A stretch of 64,000 bases of DNA from Octopus vulgaris (taxonomy: Eukaryota), in assembly GCA_951406725.2 (NCBI GenBank), contig OX597836.1:38874001-38938000 (forward strand). Direction: 5' to 3'. How positions within the stretch are numbered: the first letter of the stretch is position 1; each line of letters begins with the position of its first letter. Made by a program: the position numbers and the translations under genes. Under the pieces are notes generated by a model, which saw only the letters and a list, made by a program, of their open reading frames with translations, did not search any database and had not been told where the DNA came from. Of this stretch, positions 44,360 through 58,736 are shown in pieces.

Positions 44360-45183
44360 CTCAAGGGGCTAAACATAGAGGGGACAAACAAGGACAGGCA
44401 AAGGGATTAAGTCGATTACATCAACCGCAGTGCATAACTGGTACTTTATTGATCGACCCCGAAAGGATGAAAGGCAAAGTTGACCTCGGCGGAATTTAAA
44501 CTCAGAACGTAACGGCAGACGAAATACCTATTTTTTTACTACCCACAAGGGGCTAAACACAGAGGGGACGAACAAGGACAGATAAACAGATTAAATCGAT
44601 TATATCGACCCCAAAAGGCGGCGAGCTGGCAGAATCGTTAGCACGTCGGGCAAAATGCGTAGCCGTATTTCGTCTGCCGTTTACGTTCTGAGTTCAAATT
44701 CCGCCGAGGTCGACTTTGCCTTTCATCCTTTCGGGGTCAATTAAATAAGTACCAGTTACGCACTAGGGTCTATATAATCGACTTAATCCGTTTGTCTGTC
44801 CTTGTTTGTCCTCTCTGTGTTTAGCCCCTTGTGGGTAGTAAAGAAATAGATTATATCGACCCCAGTGCGTAACTGGAACTTATTTAATCGACCCCGAAAG
44901 GATGAAAAGCAAAGTCAACCTCGGCGGAATTTGAACTCGGAACATAACGGCAGACGCAATACCTATTTCTTTACTATCCACAAGGGGCTAAACACAGAGA
45001 GGACAAACAAGGACAGACAAACGGATTAAGTCGATTATATTGACCCTAGTGCGTAACTGGTACTTATTTAATCGACCCCGAAAGGATGAAAAGCAAAGTC
45101 AACCTCGGCGGAATTTGAACTCGGAACTAAATACCGTTAAGCATTTCGCCCGGCGTGCTAACGTTTCTGCCAGTTCCCCACCT
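44360..45183. mobile_element. SINE family B trimer (-) with a nested antisense full copy (+, 44615-44849)
   Basis: 16-bp TSD GATTATATCGACCCCA at 44598 and 44849 brackets the plus-strand copy. Confidence 0.9.
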
Positions 45184-45980
45184 TTTTCTGCTAGGTCACC
45201 ACCTTGGACAGCGGTGGGTCCTGCAGCAATCACCAACAAACTGGAACCTTTGGTGTAGAAAACAGTGGCTGCGCAGAAGAACGACACCTTTCCAACAAGG
45301 AGCAGGGACAAGAGTTCCAGCTGGCAGCGAACAATGAAAATGAAAATGTAGCCCCCGGGAATGCGTAACACCGAGTTCTTGTTAGGACATCACACCAAAA
45401 GAAGGAAAACTCTCATGTAAAACATGCGTCTCAATGGCAGCCGATGATGATGACCAGTTCTTTTGGGGGTAACTGTGGTCCTTGTTAAGAGAGCGTGATT
45501 GGTTGTGAGTAAGACCTCTCCTCACTTTAAAAGGCACCATGCACGGGCATTGCTTGACGGTCTGGCATCATCATGTATTCAAGAACGAGGAAGCTACCAT
45601 TATGTGTGTGTGTATGTATGTGTGTATGTATGTATGTATGTATGTATGTATGTATGTATCTATGTATCTATGTGTGTGTGTATGTATGTATGTGAGTACG
45701 TATGCATGTATGTATACATGTATGTATGTATGTATGTATGTATGTATGTATGTATGTATGTATGTATGTATGTATGTATGTATGTATGCATGTATGTATG
45801 TATGTATGTCAATGTTCAGTTTTATTTCAAGATTTTTTGCCAATAGAGAAAGAGCCGGCTTCTAACCTAGATATTAGGCTCTTTCACTGGAATTTCAACA
45901 TCAATAGCAGGCTATTTTTGTTTGTTTGTATGTATGTAAGTTATGTATGTATATGTGCAGAAAGTATTTGTGCATGTATG

Positions 45981-46023
<43 letters not shown>

Positions 46024-46372
46024 AGATGAATAATCTTGTAGTAGATTAATCAAAAGTTTAACCGATACCTTAGTAGCAAAAATCACAGCAGTAAAACAGC
46101 ACGGTTGGAGGTACAACCATATGGTGTTGCAACCGTGCGTTGGTGCGGATGGGCTCTTAGGAGCATAGTTCGATTTGTTTTTGCTCCGCCTCTGTTCTGT
46201 TTTTGTTTTTCCAACGGATTTCCTATTTTCTTCCTGAAGAGAAAGACACAATATGGTCCCATTATTCCATCGGATTTTGGTAATTTGTGCCTTTCGAAAC
46301 ACGTGTAGAATGAAATAAAACGATTTCTGTTCAATCTGCGTTCAGCTCCATTTCTTCAATTCACCAATAATG

Positions 46373-46441
<69 letters not shown>

Positions 46442-47121
46442 CATGTTCTCTGTTTAATTTAGAGCATGATAGTGAAGAAAAGCATATTGTTTCGTCAACC
46501 TTTAAATCTTAAGGTCTTGTAGATTTTTATATGTATGTATTTATGTATGTATACACGCATGCCTGTATGAATGTATGTATGTATGTATTTGCGAGTGTGT
46601 GTGTGCATGTATATATGCTTGTTTGTATGCGTGTATGTATTTGTATATGTGTCTATGTAGGCGCGTGCGTGAGGGTAAATTGTGGACTGTCCTGCCGCGA
46701 AGGACAGATAAAAGTTTCGCAACATCTCTACTGAACAATCTGCACAGATGATTTATGGTGATCAAATGTTTGCTCGACACGGAATCTCTCTCACTCCATC
46801 AAATTGACATTGTTTATACAGATGCACGGTGCGTTACACGTCAGTGCAGCCTAACCACTGGGCCAACAAGCATCTTTATACATATATATATATATATGCA
46901 ATACATGCAGATATATGTTTATAAAACAAATGGAATGATTTATTAGAAATTCTTGACTTCGTCGATTCGCAGCGTCATGGCATAGTCTTTATCAACGCTT
47001 TAGGTTACAAGACGAGGTCACAATCTTCCTGCATTTCTCTCCAATAAAATATTTGGGTTCTATGTTTGTACAGGATTTCCACTTTCCTGTGGACGTGACT
47101 GGCTGCTTTTAATCTTCTTTA

Positions 47122-47198
<77 letters not shown>

Positions 47199-47257
47199 CA
47201 TACATACATGCACATCACACAACATATACATACATGCATATATATAATATATATAAT

Positions 47258-47300
<43 letters not shown>

Positions 47301-47348
47301 CACTGATGGTGATATAATATATATATATAATATATATATGTATATATA

Positions 47349-48360
47349 TACTTTGATACTTTGATACTTTGATAGGTTTCGGCCATTATTGGCCCAGGCC
47401 ATGTCTAACTTAATAGCACCACCTGGTGAAGTCTTTCAAGTCAGAATTTGGGCACTATGGCCCACTCAAGTAGAGAGTTATTGTTTACAGAGACATATCC
47501 GGGTGTAGGGGGTTTATCCGGGATTTCTTGAAGGAATCTGTCCAAAGACTTCTTGAACCCTATAGGGTCAGTTTCTGTTTTAATGTGTTTTGGTGTAATG
47601 TTAAAGAGAGCGGGGCCAATTGAGGTGAAATAATTGTGCCGTATTGTTGTTATGAGATGAGAGTGCGATTTTTGTTTTGGGCGGATGGCACGGGGCCCAA
47701 GCCTTGGATGTACCTTAAAGGTGATGCCAACATCATTTGGGCAATGCTGATGGAATATTTTCCACATCATGCAGATGATGTAGCGCTCACGACGACGTTG
47801 GAGAGAATAGAGTTTTAGCTTTTCTAGTCGACCCCAATAGTCGAGGCCTGTCATGCCATCTATCTTTTTTGTGATTGCCCTTTGAGGTGCTTCGACTTTT
47901 TTGATACCTTGTATTGTGTGGGGAGACCACAGTGGACAACAGTATTCAAGGTGGGGTCGGGCAAAAGTGGAGAAGAGAAGGATAATGGTGTGGATATCTC
48001 TCGACTGGAAAGTTCTGAGAATCCAGGAACACATTCTGCGGGCCATGTCAACTTTGGTGTTTATATGAGTGGCCCAGCTTACGTTGTTGTCCACAATTAC
48101 TCCCAAGTCTCTGATGTTGTTGGACGCCGCGAGAGTTTCACCTGAAGGAAGGGAGTATGGGAGTTTCAGGGCATCCTCTTTTCCAAAGTGGATTAGCTCA
48201 AATTTATCCTCGTTCAGCAGCATATTGTTTTTTTCTGCCCATTGGATAACAGCCAGTAGATCTGACTGAAGGCATGTCCGGTCACTCGCCTCATTTATGA
48301 CCTTCTGTATCTTGGAGTCATCTGCAAAGATTTTTATGTTGCTGTGCTTGATGATGTCAT
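47349..48360 (-). mobile_element. 5'-truncated CR1-clade LINE inserted in (TA)n
   Basis: RT ORF, short 3' UTR and 8-bp tandem tail (TCAAAGTA)x3; both ends abut (TA)n. Confidence 0.9.
47441..48358 (-). CDS. CR1-type reverse transcriptase, C-terminal fragment (uninterrupted frame, no native start)
   Basis: The frame extends 45 codons upstream of the listed ORF: [39 protein letters not shown], then [37 protein letters not shown]. Confidence 0.88.
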   Translation of the reverse strand, partial: DIIKHSNIKIFADDSKIQKVINEASDRTCLQSDLLAVIQWAEKNNMLLNEDKFELIHFGKEDALKLPYSLPSGETLAASNNIRDLGVIVDNNVSWATHINTKVDMARRMCSWILRTFQSRDIHTIILLFSTFARPHLEYCCPLWSPHTIQGIKKVEAPQRAITKKIDGMTGLDYWGRLEKLKLYSLQRRRERYIICMMWKIFHQHCPNDVGITFKVHPRLGPRAIRPKQKSHSHLITTIRHNYFTSIGPALFNITPKHIKTETDPIGFKKSLDRFLQEIPDKPPTPGYVSVNNNSLLEWAIVPKF

Positions 48361-48393
48361 ATATGTATATATATATATATACATATGTATATA

Positions 48394-48496
<103 letters not shown>

Positions 48497-49091
48497 ACAT
48501 AAATTTATTATGTGTGTATGTGTGTTGTTGTTAAGTTAGATGTCAATGAACTTTTGCAGATGAATGCGTTTAATGAATGGAGTAGAGTAAAATTTATTTC
48601 ACGTATAGCGGTTTACGGTCTCACCGGATTACTCACACGAAGATCAAATATAACGTTTGTAGACATTTATATAAAAAAATTTTCCATAGAGTGTTTGGAG
48701 ATAGATGCGATTTACCTATGTGACAAGACATTAATAAATTTGCTTTACTTTCATATATTGGTGCTGAATTACATTTTAATTTATGAAGATGAAAACGGCT
48801 TCGTTTTCAAACAAAGGGAGGAAGAAGGGAAAGAAAAAATGATGTATTGTAAATATATGAAGGTGAGGAATCAGTTGTGAAATTTAGAAGTCATAAAAGT
48901 TTGGAGTCTGTTGGGTTATTGACGATGAAAAGGAGAAGAATAAATGGGTAAGTAAGGAGAGATGCTGGTAGAGAGGAGAGAAATAGTAAAAAGTGGAATT
49001 ATGTGTTGCAGTCCTTGGGTACTTGGGTTTTTACGGATCTGTGCGCGCTAATTAATATTTAACAACTGCGAATGAATATCTATCTATCTAC

Positions 49092-49223
<132 letters not shown>

Positions 49224-49228
49224 GTTAC

Positions 49229-49340
49229 TGAACCTTCAGTCTTTTTATATGCTAGACCACTGGTGTAAAATCGATGTTAATTAAATTAATATCTAATGTC
49301 TCACCCTCATTTTAAATTTAAATTTTATATACACACACAC

Positions 49341-49412
<72 letters not shown>

Positions 49413-49522
49413 GTGTGTGTGTATAAAATTTAAATTTAAAATGAGGGTGAGACATTAGATATTAATTTAATTAACATCGATTTCACACCAGTAGTCTAGC
49501 ATATAAAAAGACTGAAGGTTCA
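49229..49522. repeat. Near-perfect 294-bp palindrome centred on (CA)n(TA)n(TG)n
   Basis: ~100-bp arms TGAACCTTCAGTCTTTTTATATGCTAGAC... and ...GTCTAGCATATAAAAAGACTGAAGGTTCA with two visible mismatches. Confidence 0.95.
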
Positions 49523-50248
49523 AAAAACATGTAATGAAAAGAAATATTACAAGTAACTGCAGAATATGTGGAGATGGACAAGAAACAATAAATCATATTA
49601 TCTCTAGCAGCCCAGTCTTGGCTAAGAAGGAATATATTCACAGACATGACAGAGTTGGAACCTACATACATTGGAAACTATGCCAACATTATGGAATAAC
49701 AACAGAAAAAAGATGGTATAGGCACACACCAGAAAAGGTCACAGAAAACGAGAAAGCAACCATACTCTGGGATATGCCGATACACACAGATAGAGAAATT
49801 AAGGCCAACAGACCAGATATAGTTGTCAGAGACCATGAAGAAAAAAATGCTTTCTAATTGATGTATCAATACCGGCTGATGACAACGTGTCTCTAAAAGA
49901 AATGGAGAAACTCTCAAAATACAAAGACCTGGAAATAGAGGTAACTAGAATGTGGAATCTGAAAACAGAAACAATTCCTATCATAGTAGGTGCATTAGGC
50001 ATGATAAAAAAATATTCAGACAAATACATAACAAAAACACCAGGACTTACAAACATATAACATACAGAAAATTGCACTACTAGGCACTGCACACATCCTA
50101 CGCAGAACACTTTCCATACAATAACCATCAGAGCATCACAACAAATCACAGCACATACCCAAGGCACACAGAGCTGTGCTCGGTAGTGAAGTGAAAGCAC
50201 GCTATAAAAAATAAAACTACTGAATAATAATAATAATAATAATAATAA
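49521..50248 (+). mobile_element. 5'-truncated R4/Dong-clade RLE retrotransposon, copy 1
   Basis: CRICGDGQETINHIIS zinc knuckle, RHD, ANRPD, KLSKYKDL, IVGALG; 3' UTR then (TAA)n; nearly identical to 51777-52484. Confidence 0.9.
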
Positions 50249-51004
50249 CGGCAGTAGCCCAACATGTCGTGTATGTCAGCAACAAAATGAAACCATTGAT
50301 CATGTGGTCTCCAAGCGCAGTCTTCTAGCGCCTACAGAGTATCTCAACAGGCATGATAGAGCTGCACAATATATTCACTGGGTAATCTGCAAAAACCTGG
50401 ATTTGCCCCATGAAAAAAACTGGTGGGAACACAAACCACCCCCTGTGCTTGAAAATGACCACATCTCACTCCTCTGGAACTTCACCATTCAAACTGACAG
50501 AAAGATAGATGCAAATAGGCCAGACATCATATTGAAAGACTTCGAACAAAGAACATGCCTCCTCGTTGATATGACTGTCCCAATCGATATAAACGTATCT
50601 GTCAAGACCTACCAAAAACTGAGCAAATATAAAGATCTTGAAATAGAAATCAGCAAAATGAGGAACCTGAAGACTAAAACAATACCTGTTGTTATAGGTG
50701 CCCTGGGAATGATAGCAAAAGGGGCTGATTGCTACCTAACTCAGATACCAGGAAACCCAAAATGGCAGAAATTCAAAAGATAGTGCTCATGGGAACTGCT
50801 CATATCCTACGCAAAATACTTTCTATGTAATCTCAAGGTTTAAAACAAACATTTTTTTTAGACATCCACTAGTACAACACAAAAAACAACCAAATATATG
50901 GCACACTAGGCATAACAACAATGTGAACTTCCAACCTGTTATCTCTTGAGGTCTCTGGGTGAGACTTGGAGCCAACTTGTACAAATATAAAGCAAAAGTC
51001 AAAG

Positions 51005-51088
<84 letters not shown>
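50249..51088 (+). mobile_element. 5'-truncated R4/Dong-clade RLE retrotransposon, second family
   Basis: CRVCQQQNETIDHVVS, YLNRHDR, ANRPDIILKD..LVDMTVP..KLSKYKDL..VIGALG; different 3' UTR; long (TAA)n tail from 51008. Confidence 0.9.
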
Positions 51089-51090
<2 letters not shown>

Positions 51091-51116
51091 TATTATAGAT
51101 CAATTATAGATATTAT

Positions 51117-52604
<1,488 letters not shown>

Positions 52605-53177
52605 AAGAAGCAGAAGAAGAACAAGCAGAAGAAGAATGCGGGAGCGCTGTGATAGTAGTAGGATGTTAAAGGGTCAAATGCCGTGAAAGTGACTTGTTGT
52701 GGAAGGTAGTAGCGACTGAATTTTTGAGATATCTCTTTTGAATGTATTGTTATAATATTTGCGTAGGTGTTATTCTAAACAGCAGTAGTAGTAAAGTAAG
52801 GAAGGAGATGGCGGGGAGGAAAAAGAAGACGAAGAAGAAAGAGAAGAGAAAGAATAATAGGAGAATGCGGGATGGTATGATAGTAGTAGGATGTTAAATG
52901 GTGAAGTGACCTAAAAGTGGATAGTTGTGGATTGTAGCAGTGATTGGGACTGTTTTTAATGAATTCTTGGGTATCCCTTTTGAATGCATCATTTTTAATA
53001 TTTGCGTGTTATTCTAAGGTTCTGGTGGCTATATTATTTGTTGTAGATGCGCTCAAAAGGGTTCTGTATTTTGTAATAAAGAGAGTCTCTTTACTGATTC
53101 GTTGGCTACAGGTTGTATCGTCCCTGGATTGATAGAGGGATCTACTTCAGGAATTCTGCAGTCTTAGGTGAGATAAT

Positions 53178-53630
53178 AATCGATTAATGAAACAGAAGAT
53201 CGATTTGGTATTAGTCTTTATTCAGTACGACGATCGTTTTGACCCATCTTATGACTGTCCTCTATGAGTTGGATGATGTGCATCATATTGTGTTGCATCA
53301 GTTTTGTAGTCTGGATCATGTCAGGTGCAAGTATACATAAAATGATGTCCTGTTAAAAATCTTGAGTTCAGGAAGTCATGTTGGTATTTACTCACTTCGA
53401 TATGGAATCCCTAACGAAGCGTGCAAATAACAACATGACTGCCTGAACTCAGTATTTTTAGCGGGAAATTACTTTATGTATATACCTGACGTGACCAGGA
53501 CTGCAAAACTGATGCAACACAATATAATGTACATCATTCCAAACGAAGTTTAGTCGCAGGATGGGTCGAAACGATCGTCGAACGGAATAAAGACTAATAC
53601 CAAATCTACCTTCTGTTACATTAATCGATT
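53178..53630. repeat. Diverged ~450-bp palindrome ending at (TA)n
   Basis: AATCGATTAATG/CATTAATCGATT, TTTGGTATTAGTCTTTATTC/GAATAAAGACTAATACCAAA, TGTGTTGCATCAGTTTTG/CAAAACTGATGCAACACA, TGAGTTCAGG.AGTCATGTTG/CAACATGACT.CCTGAACTCA. Confidence 0.9.
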
Positions 53631-53631
53631 T

Positions 53632-53702
<71 letters not shown>

Positions 53703-53873
53703 ATGCATATATGTATGAATATACCAAAGTAAGCAGAATAAATGCGAAACTAGGTGGATAAATAGTACTCGAATACCGGAGGTAGAGTAGCAGTTTTTGT
53801 GATTTTTTGGTGCGTTTTACTAAAGTGTGTATGCATGTATGTATAGATGTATGTATGTATCTATCTATCTATC

Positions 53874-53905
<32 letters not shown>

Positions 53906-53956
53906 GGTAGGTAGGTAGGTAGGTAGGTAGGTAGGTAGACAGATAGACAGACAGAC

Positions 53957-54061
<105 letters not shown>

Positions 54062-54522
54062 TTTCAACAATTTCCACATCCATAACATTTTGCTACAAAT
54101 ATCGAATGATGTTAAACATTTTGTCATGAAATGCAAAAAAAAAAAAAAAAAAAAAAGGTTTTGTGCAACATTTTACAAATCTATAAGTTTATAATCAATG
54201 CCTATTTCAGCAATATATAAATTGATAATCGATGGCAAACAGGATAACAATTTAGCTTTTAATGTCATGTTCGTTTATCGTTTGTCACACGTTCAATAGA
54301 TGGCTGGCAATATTAAGTTTTGGTTTTAAGCGTTCGTTGCTGCTATTGTAACATCGCCATAGAACAGTTTTAGATGGATTTCCCTGTAATTTCCTGCACA
54401 TAACTGTTATCACATAATTTAAAATATATCTGAAATATATATAATGAAAGGGAACAGAAATTAGAAGAGTTGTATTTTCAATATATCGTGAGTAACAGAA
54501 AACCATTATCCTACTTACGTAT

Positions 54523-54561
<39 letters not shown>

Positions 54562-54690
54562 TGTGCATGTGCTTCCGTGTGTGTATGTGTGCGACGTGTG
54601 TGTGTACATGTGCGTATGTGGATGTTTGTGTATATAATACTCTGTACTGATCTAAATACACGCGAGTTAGCTATGGCCAAGTGGAATTAC

Positions 54691-54724
<34 letters not shown>

Positions 54725-54919
54725 ATATGTGTGTGTGTGCCTGTATATATATATATATATATATATATATGCATGCATACATACATATATGAATAATACA
54801 CATATGTATACATATATGCATATATATATATACATATCTACATGTATGTATACATATGCGCATATATATACGTGTATATGTATACACACACATACGAAGA
54901 TATAAATACTATATGTATG

Positions 54920-55008
<89 letters not shown>

Positions 55009-55132
55009 ATGCTCACATACATATGGAGATATACGTATGTTATATGTAAACACACACAGACGCATAAATACACATATATACACATACATATACATATTAG
55101 TATATATGTATATATATATCCATATATGTACA

Positions 55133-55188
<56 letters not shown>

Positions 55189-55220
55189 CATATATAGATA
55201 TACTTAATATATATGTATCG

Positions 55221-55379
55221 CTAGCCACTACAGATTCTTTATTTTCTCTCCTTGTTTCTTTCTGTGTTCCTTTCTGCGGAAGAGCGTGGGCTCGAAAGAC
55301 TTTTTCACTTCCCGAAAGTTAATCTAATACATCTGTTTGTCGTCTTTTTTGTGTGAATTCTTTTCTATGTATATATCTA

Positions 55380-55427
<48 letters not shown>

Positions 55428-55623
55428 AAGAGTTTACGAAAAAACAAAAGACGAAGACAGGTGGTGTACAAAACAAACAGATGTATTAGTATAACGCTCA
55501 GGAATAGAAAAATGTCTTTTACGTTTCGAGCCTACGCTCTTCTACAGTAAGGGACACAGAACAAACAAGGAGAGAAACAAGGAGAGAAACAAGGAGAGAA
55601 AAAATATATGTGTAGTGGCTAAC
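55221..55623. mobile_element. Tail-to-tail pair of Penelope-like terminal-repeat elements around (TA)n
   Basis: Plus arm 55221-55368 and minus arm 55425-55623 both match 19877-20060; hammerhead-like motif at 55516-55551 (-). Confidence 0.7.
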
Positions 55624-56179
55624 GATCTATCATGGCGACTAGTGCCGGACAGAAGTGTCAAACACAAGGAAGAAAGTAGGGGAGATAACAAGGTAAAGAT
55701 GACCCCCAACACAAAGGTGCCCCCAACACAAAGCTGCGTATACATAATGTAACTTTGCAATTCACCAAAGAGACCGATAGACTAAGTACCAGTTTAAAAA
55801 TACACAACGAAATAATTACTGGGTTCGATTCGTTCGACTAAACTTCCTTAAGGCAGTGCTCTAGCATGGCCAAATGACAGAAACTAGAAGAAAATGATAG
55901 ACCATATGTATAGATAGATAGCTATATAGACAGACAGACAGACGAACGGACGGACGGGCAGATAGGTTGATAAATATGTTTTCAAATTATAGTTGGTAGG
56001 AATATATAATCCAAGTGGGTGTCGTAGTCGCATATACCGACTATTAATGCCGACTAACATTCGTGAGTAAATAAAAAAAAATATCTCCAGTTAGTTTGAT
56101 TTACTAACTTCAGTTTAATTTTACATCGGTAAATCCATATGTCTCTATAGAGACTGCATTTTTCCGGTAGAGAAAATAT

Positions 56180-56382
56180 TGAATTTATAATAAAGGAGAA
56201 TAGAGATTTATATTCAGTTTTATTCAGCAGTTAATTACTTCTTTTCATTTCAACACCTACGGCGAATTTTGAAGTGTGCATTAGTTAATTACTACAGAAA
56301 CATGTGTAGGTGCAGAAACGGAAAGAATTAACTGCTGAATAAAACTGGATATAAATCTCTATTCGCTTTTATTATAAATTCA
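56180..56382. repeat. ~200-bp palindrome ending at (TG)n
   Basis: TGAATTTATAATAAAGGAGAATAGAGATTTATATTCAGTTTTATTCAGCAGTTAATT is mirrored at ~56326-56382. Confidence 0.88.
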
Positions 56383-56383
56383 T

Positions 56384-56430
<47 letters not shown>

Positions 56431-56587
56431 GTGTGCGCGTATGTATGTATATTAATAAGGAGAATGGAGTGACTAGCTCATCTTGTTGCATAAGTCTACA
56501 ATTGTTTCATCGACACTTTACCAGAAGATTATTACTGGGATATTATTATATAATACACAATATAATATATCATATCAGTATTATTAA

Positions 56588-56631
56588 GTGGAGGCAGATG
56601 ATTTAGTGGTTAGTGAATTCTTCCCTATGTA

Positions 56632-56685
<54 letters not shown>

Positions 56686-56900
56686 ATGTAACTTTGCAAT
56701 TCGCCAAGAAACCGATAGTGGTTTCGATTCCTGGACTGTGTCATGTGTTGTATTCATGAGCAAAACACTTCATTTCAAGTTGCTTCAGTCTACTCAGCTG
56801 GTAAAAATGAGTAAAACCTGCGATGGACCTGTTTTCCGTCCAATGAGGGCGTATATTCGTCAGGGAAACCGGGAGTCCGGTCCTACGCTCCTTACGGAGT
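56588..56900 (+). mobile_element. Old V-type SINE interrupted by (TA)n and a locally copied segment
   Basis: GTGGAGGC..TTAGTGGTTAG head, GTTTCGATTCC at 56721, CCTGCGATGGAC motif. Confidence 0.6.
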
Positions 56901-58530
56901 AATGAGGACTGACTAGCAGCATTATTTTAGCCATACTGGAAAATATCGACTCGTCAGGTTTCTGTAGAAATCAGTTTGCTGAACGAATCTTTATTTCGCT
57001 GAATATATACCCCTCATTGAAGATGTTCGTATCATTTTATCAGCATATATGCCAGTGCATATACATATATGGTACAAAAAAAACAACAGACAATGAAAAG
57101 GTAAAAAAATAAACAAGCAGAGTGTATCAGCTTCACACTGAGGAAAATTGAAAGAAGTTTTTAACGTTTCGAGCCTACGCTCTTGTGCGGAAAGGATAAA
57201 TGAGGAGAGAGAAAAATAACGGTGAAATGAACAAGCGTGTCTCAATATAGTGCGTGGGTGTGTGCGTGTCAGTGCGCGCGCGCGCAGTTCTGCTTTATTC
57301 TCTATGTTTCAGTATTCATTACCATTAACGCCCTATTCTTTGTGTTTCTGTATTCATTACCATTAGCGTCCTTTTATGTTATTGTGTCATTCACTCTAAC
57401 CAAATTCTAAATCCAGATTTATAAAGCTATCTTCCTCCCTTATTTACATAGATTTCTGTTAACTTCACAATTTATTCGTTCTACAATAAACGCTTTTAAC
57501 CGGATGCTCTCTTTCTCTCTCCATCTCGCTCTCTCTCTCACTCCTTCTCTCTATAATATTTCTACTTTCAAATCAAATATCGATCTTAATCAATCGTTTA
57601 TTACAAGATATGATTCTATATTTATTGTTGTCTTTTTTACTTCATTTTTCGCACTTGGTTTATCCTATTAAAAAAAAAAAATTCTTATGAAGCTAGGAAA
57701 ATGCCTTCCAATCGTTGGAACTCCCTAAACCAATAAACCGAACCGATTATTCGATGCTAAATAAATTATACAACATCAATCCTATTGAAAGATATTGCTT
57801 AATTAGCTAATTTCTATTGTTGTGTATTTCCAGCTAAAGAAGACAAGCGAACCGCAGAAATGTTGGATTCGAAAATGCGAAGAGAATAACGTTGTTATTC
57901 GAAGCTAATGAAATTACATTACTCAAGAGGTATGTAAAATATGAAAGAATCGGTAATATAAGACAAACCTTAAAAGAGGTTAACACAGCATTGCAAGAAT
58001 AATGGAATCTCCAGGGACTGTATTAATATGTAGAATTAAAGGTAAAAATATATACGTATCGATTTCGTCCGGCAATTTGGCATCCCAGAAGATTTACATT
58101 AAAATTCTACATTTATTGCAAACTGATGAATACACTAATAGATGCATACATACCTACATATATACATACACACATATATATCCACCAACATACATACATA
58201 CACACACACTCGTATATGTATTTACATGAGTATATATATATATATGTATGTGTATTTATAGATATATTCGCTTATACATGCCTATATATATTTATATATA
58301 TGTACGATTATATATATATGCACACATATATGTATATACAAATAATATATATTTATATATACATATATGTGTATATATATATATATATATATGTACACGC
58401 ATGTGTGTGTGTACATATATATATGTATATACAAATAATATATATTTATACATACGTATATGTGTATATATATATATATATATATGTACACACACACATG
58501 CATGTATATATATAAATACATATATACATA

Positions 58531-58594
<64 letters not shown>

Positions 58595-58689
58595 GCTAGA
58601 TAGATAGACAAATAGATAGATAGACAGACAGATAGGTATGCATACATATATACATATTTACAAACATATTTATGTAAAAGTATAAATAT

Positions 58690-58736
<47 letters not shown>

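Noticed and set aside
45190-45600. GC-richer segment resembling a LINE 5' UTR
   Set aside because: No ORF, TSD or second copy to support a family call.
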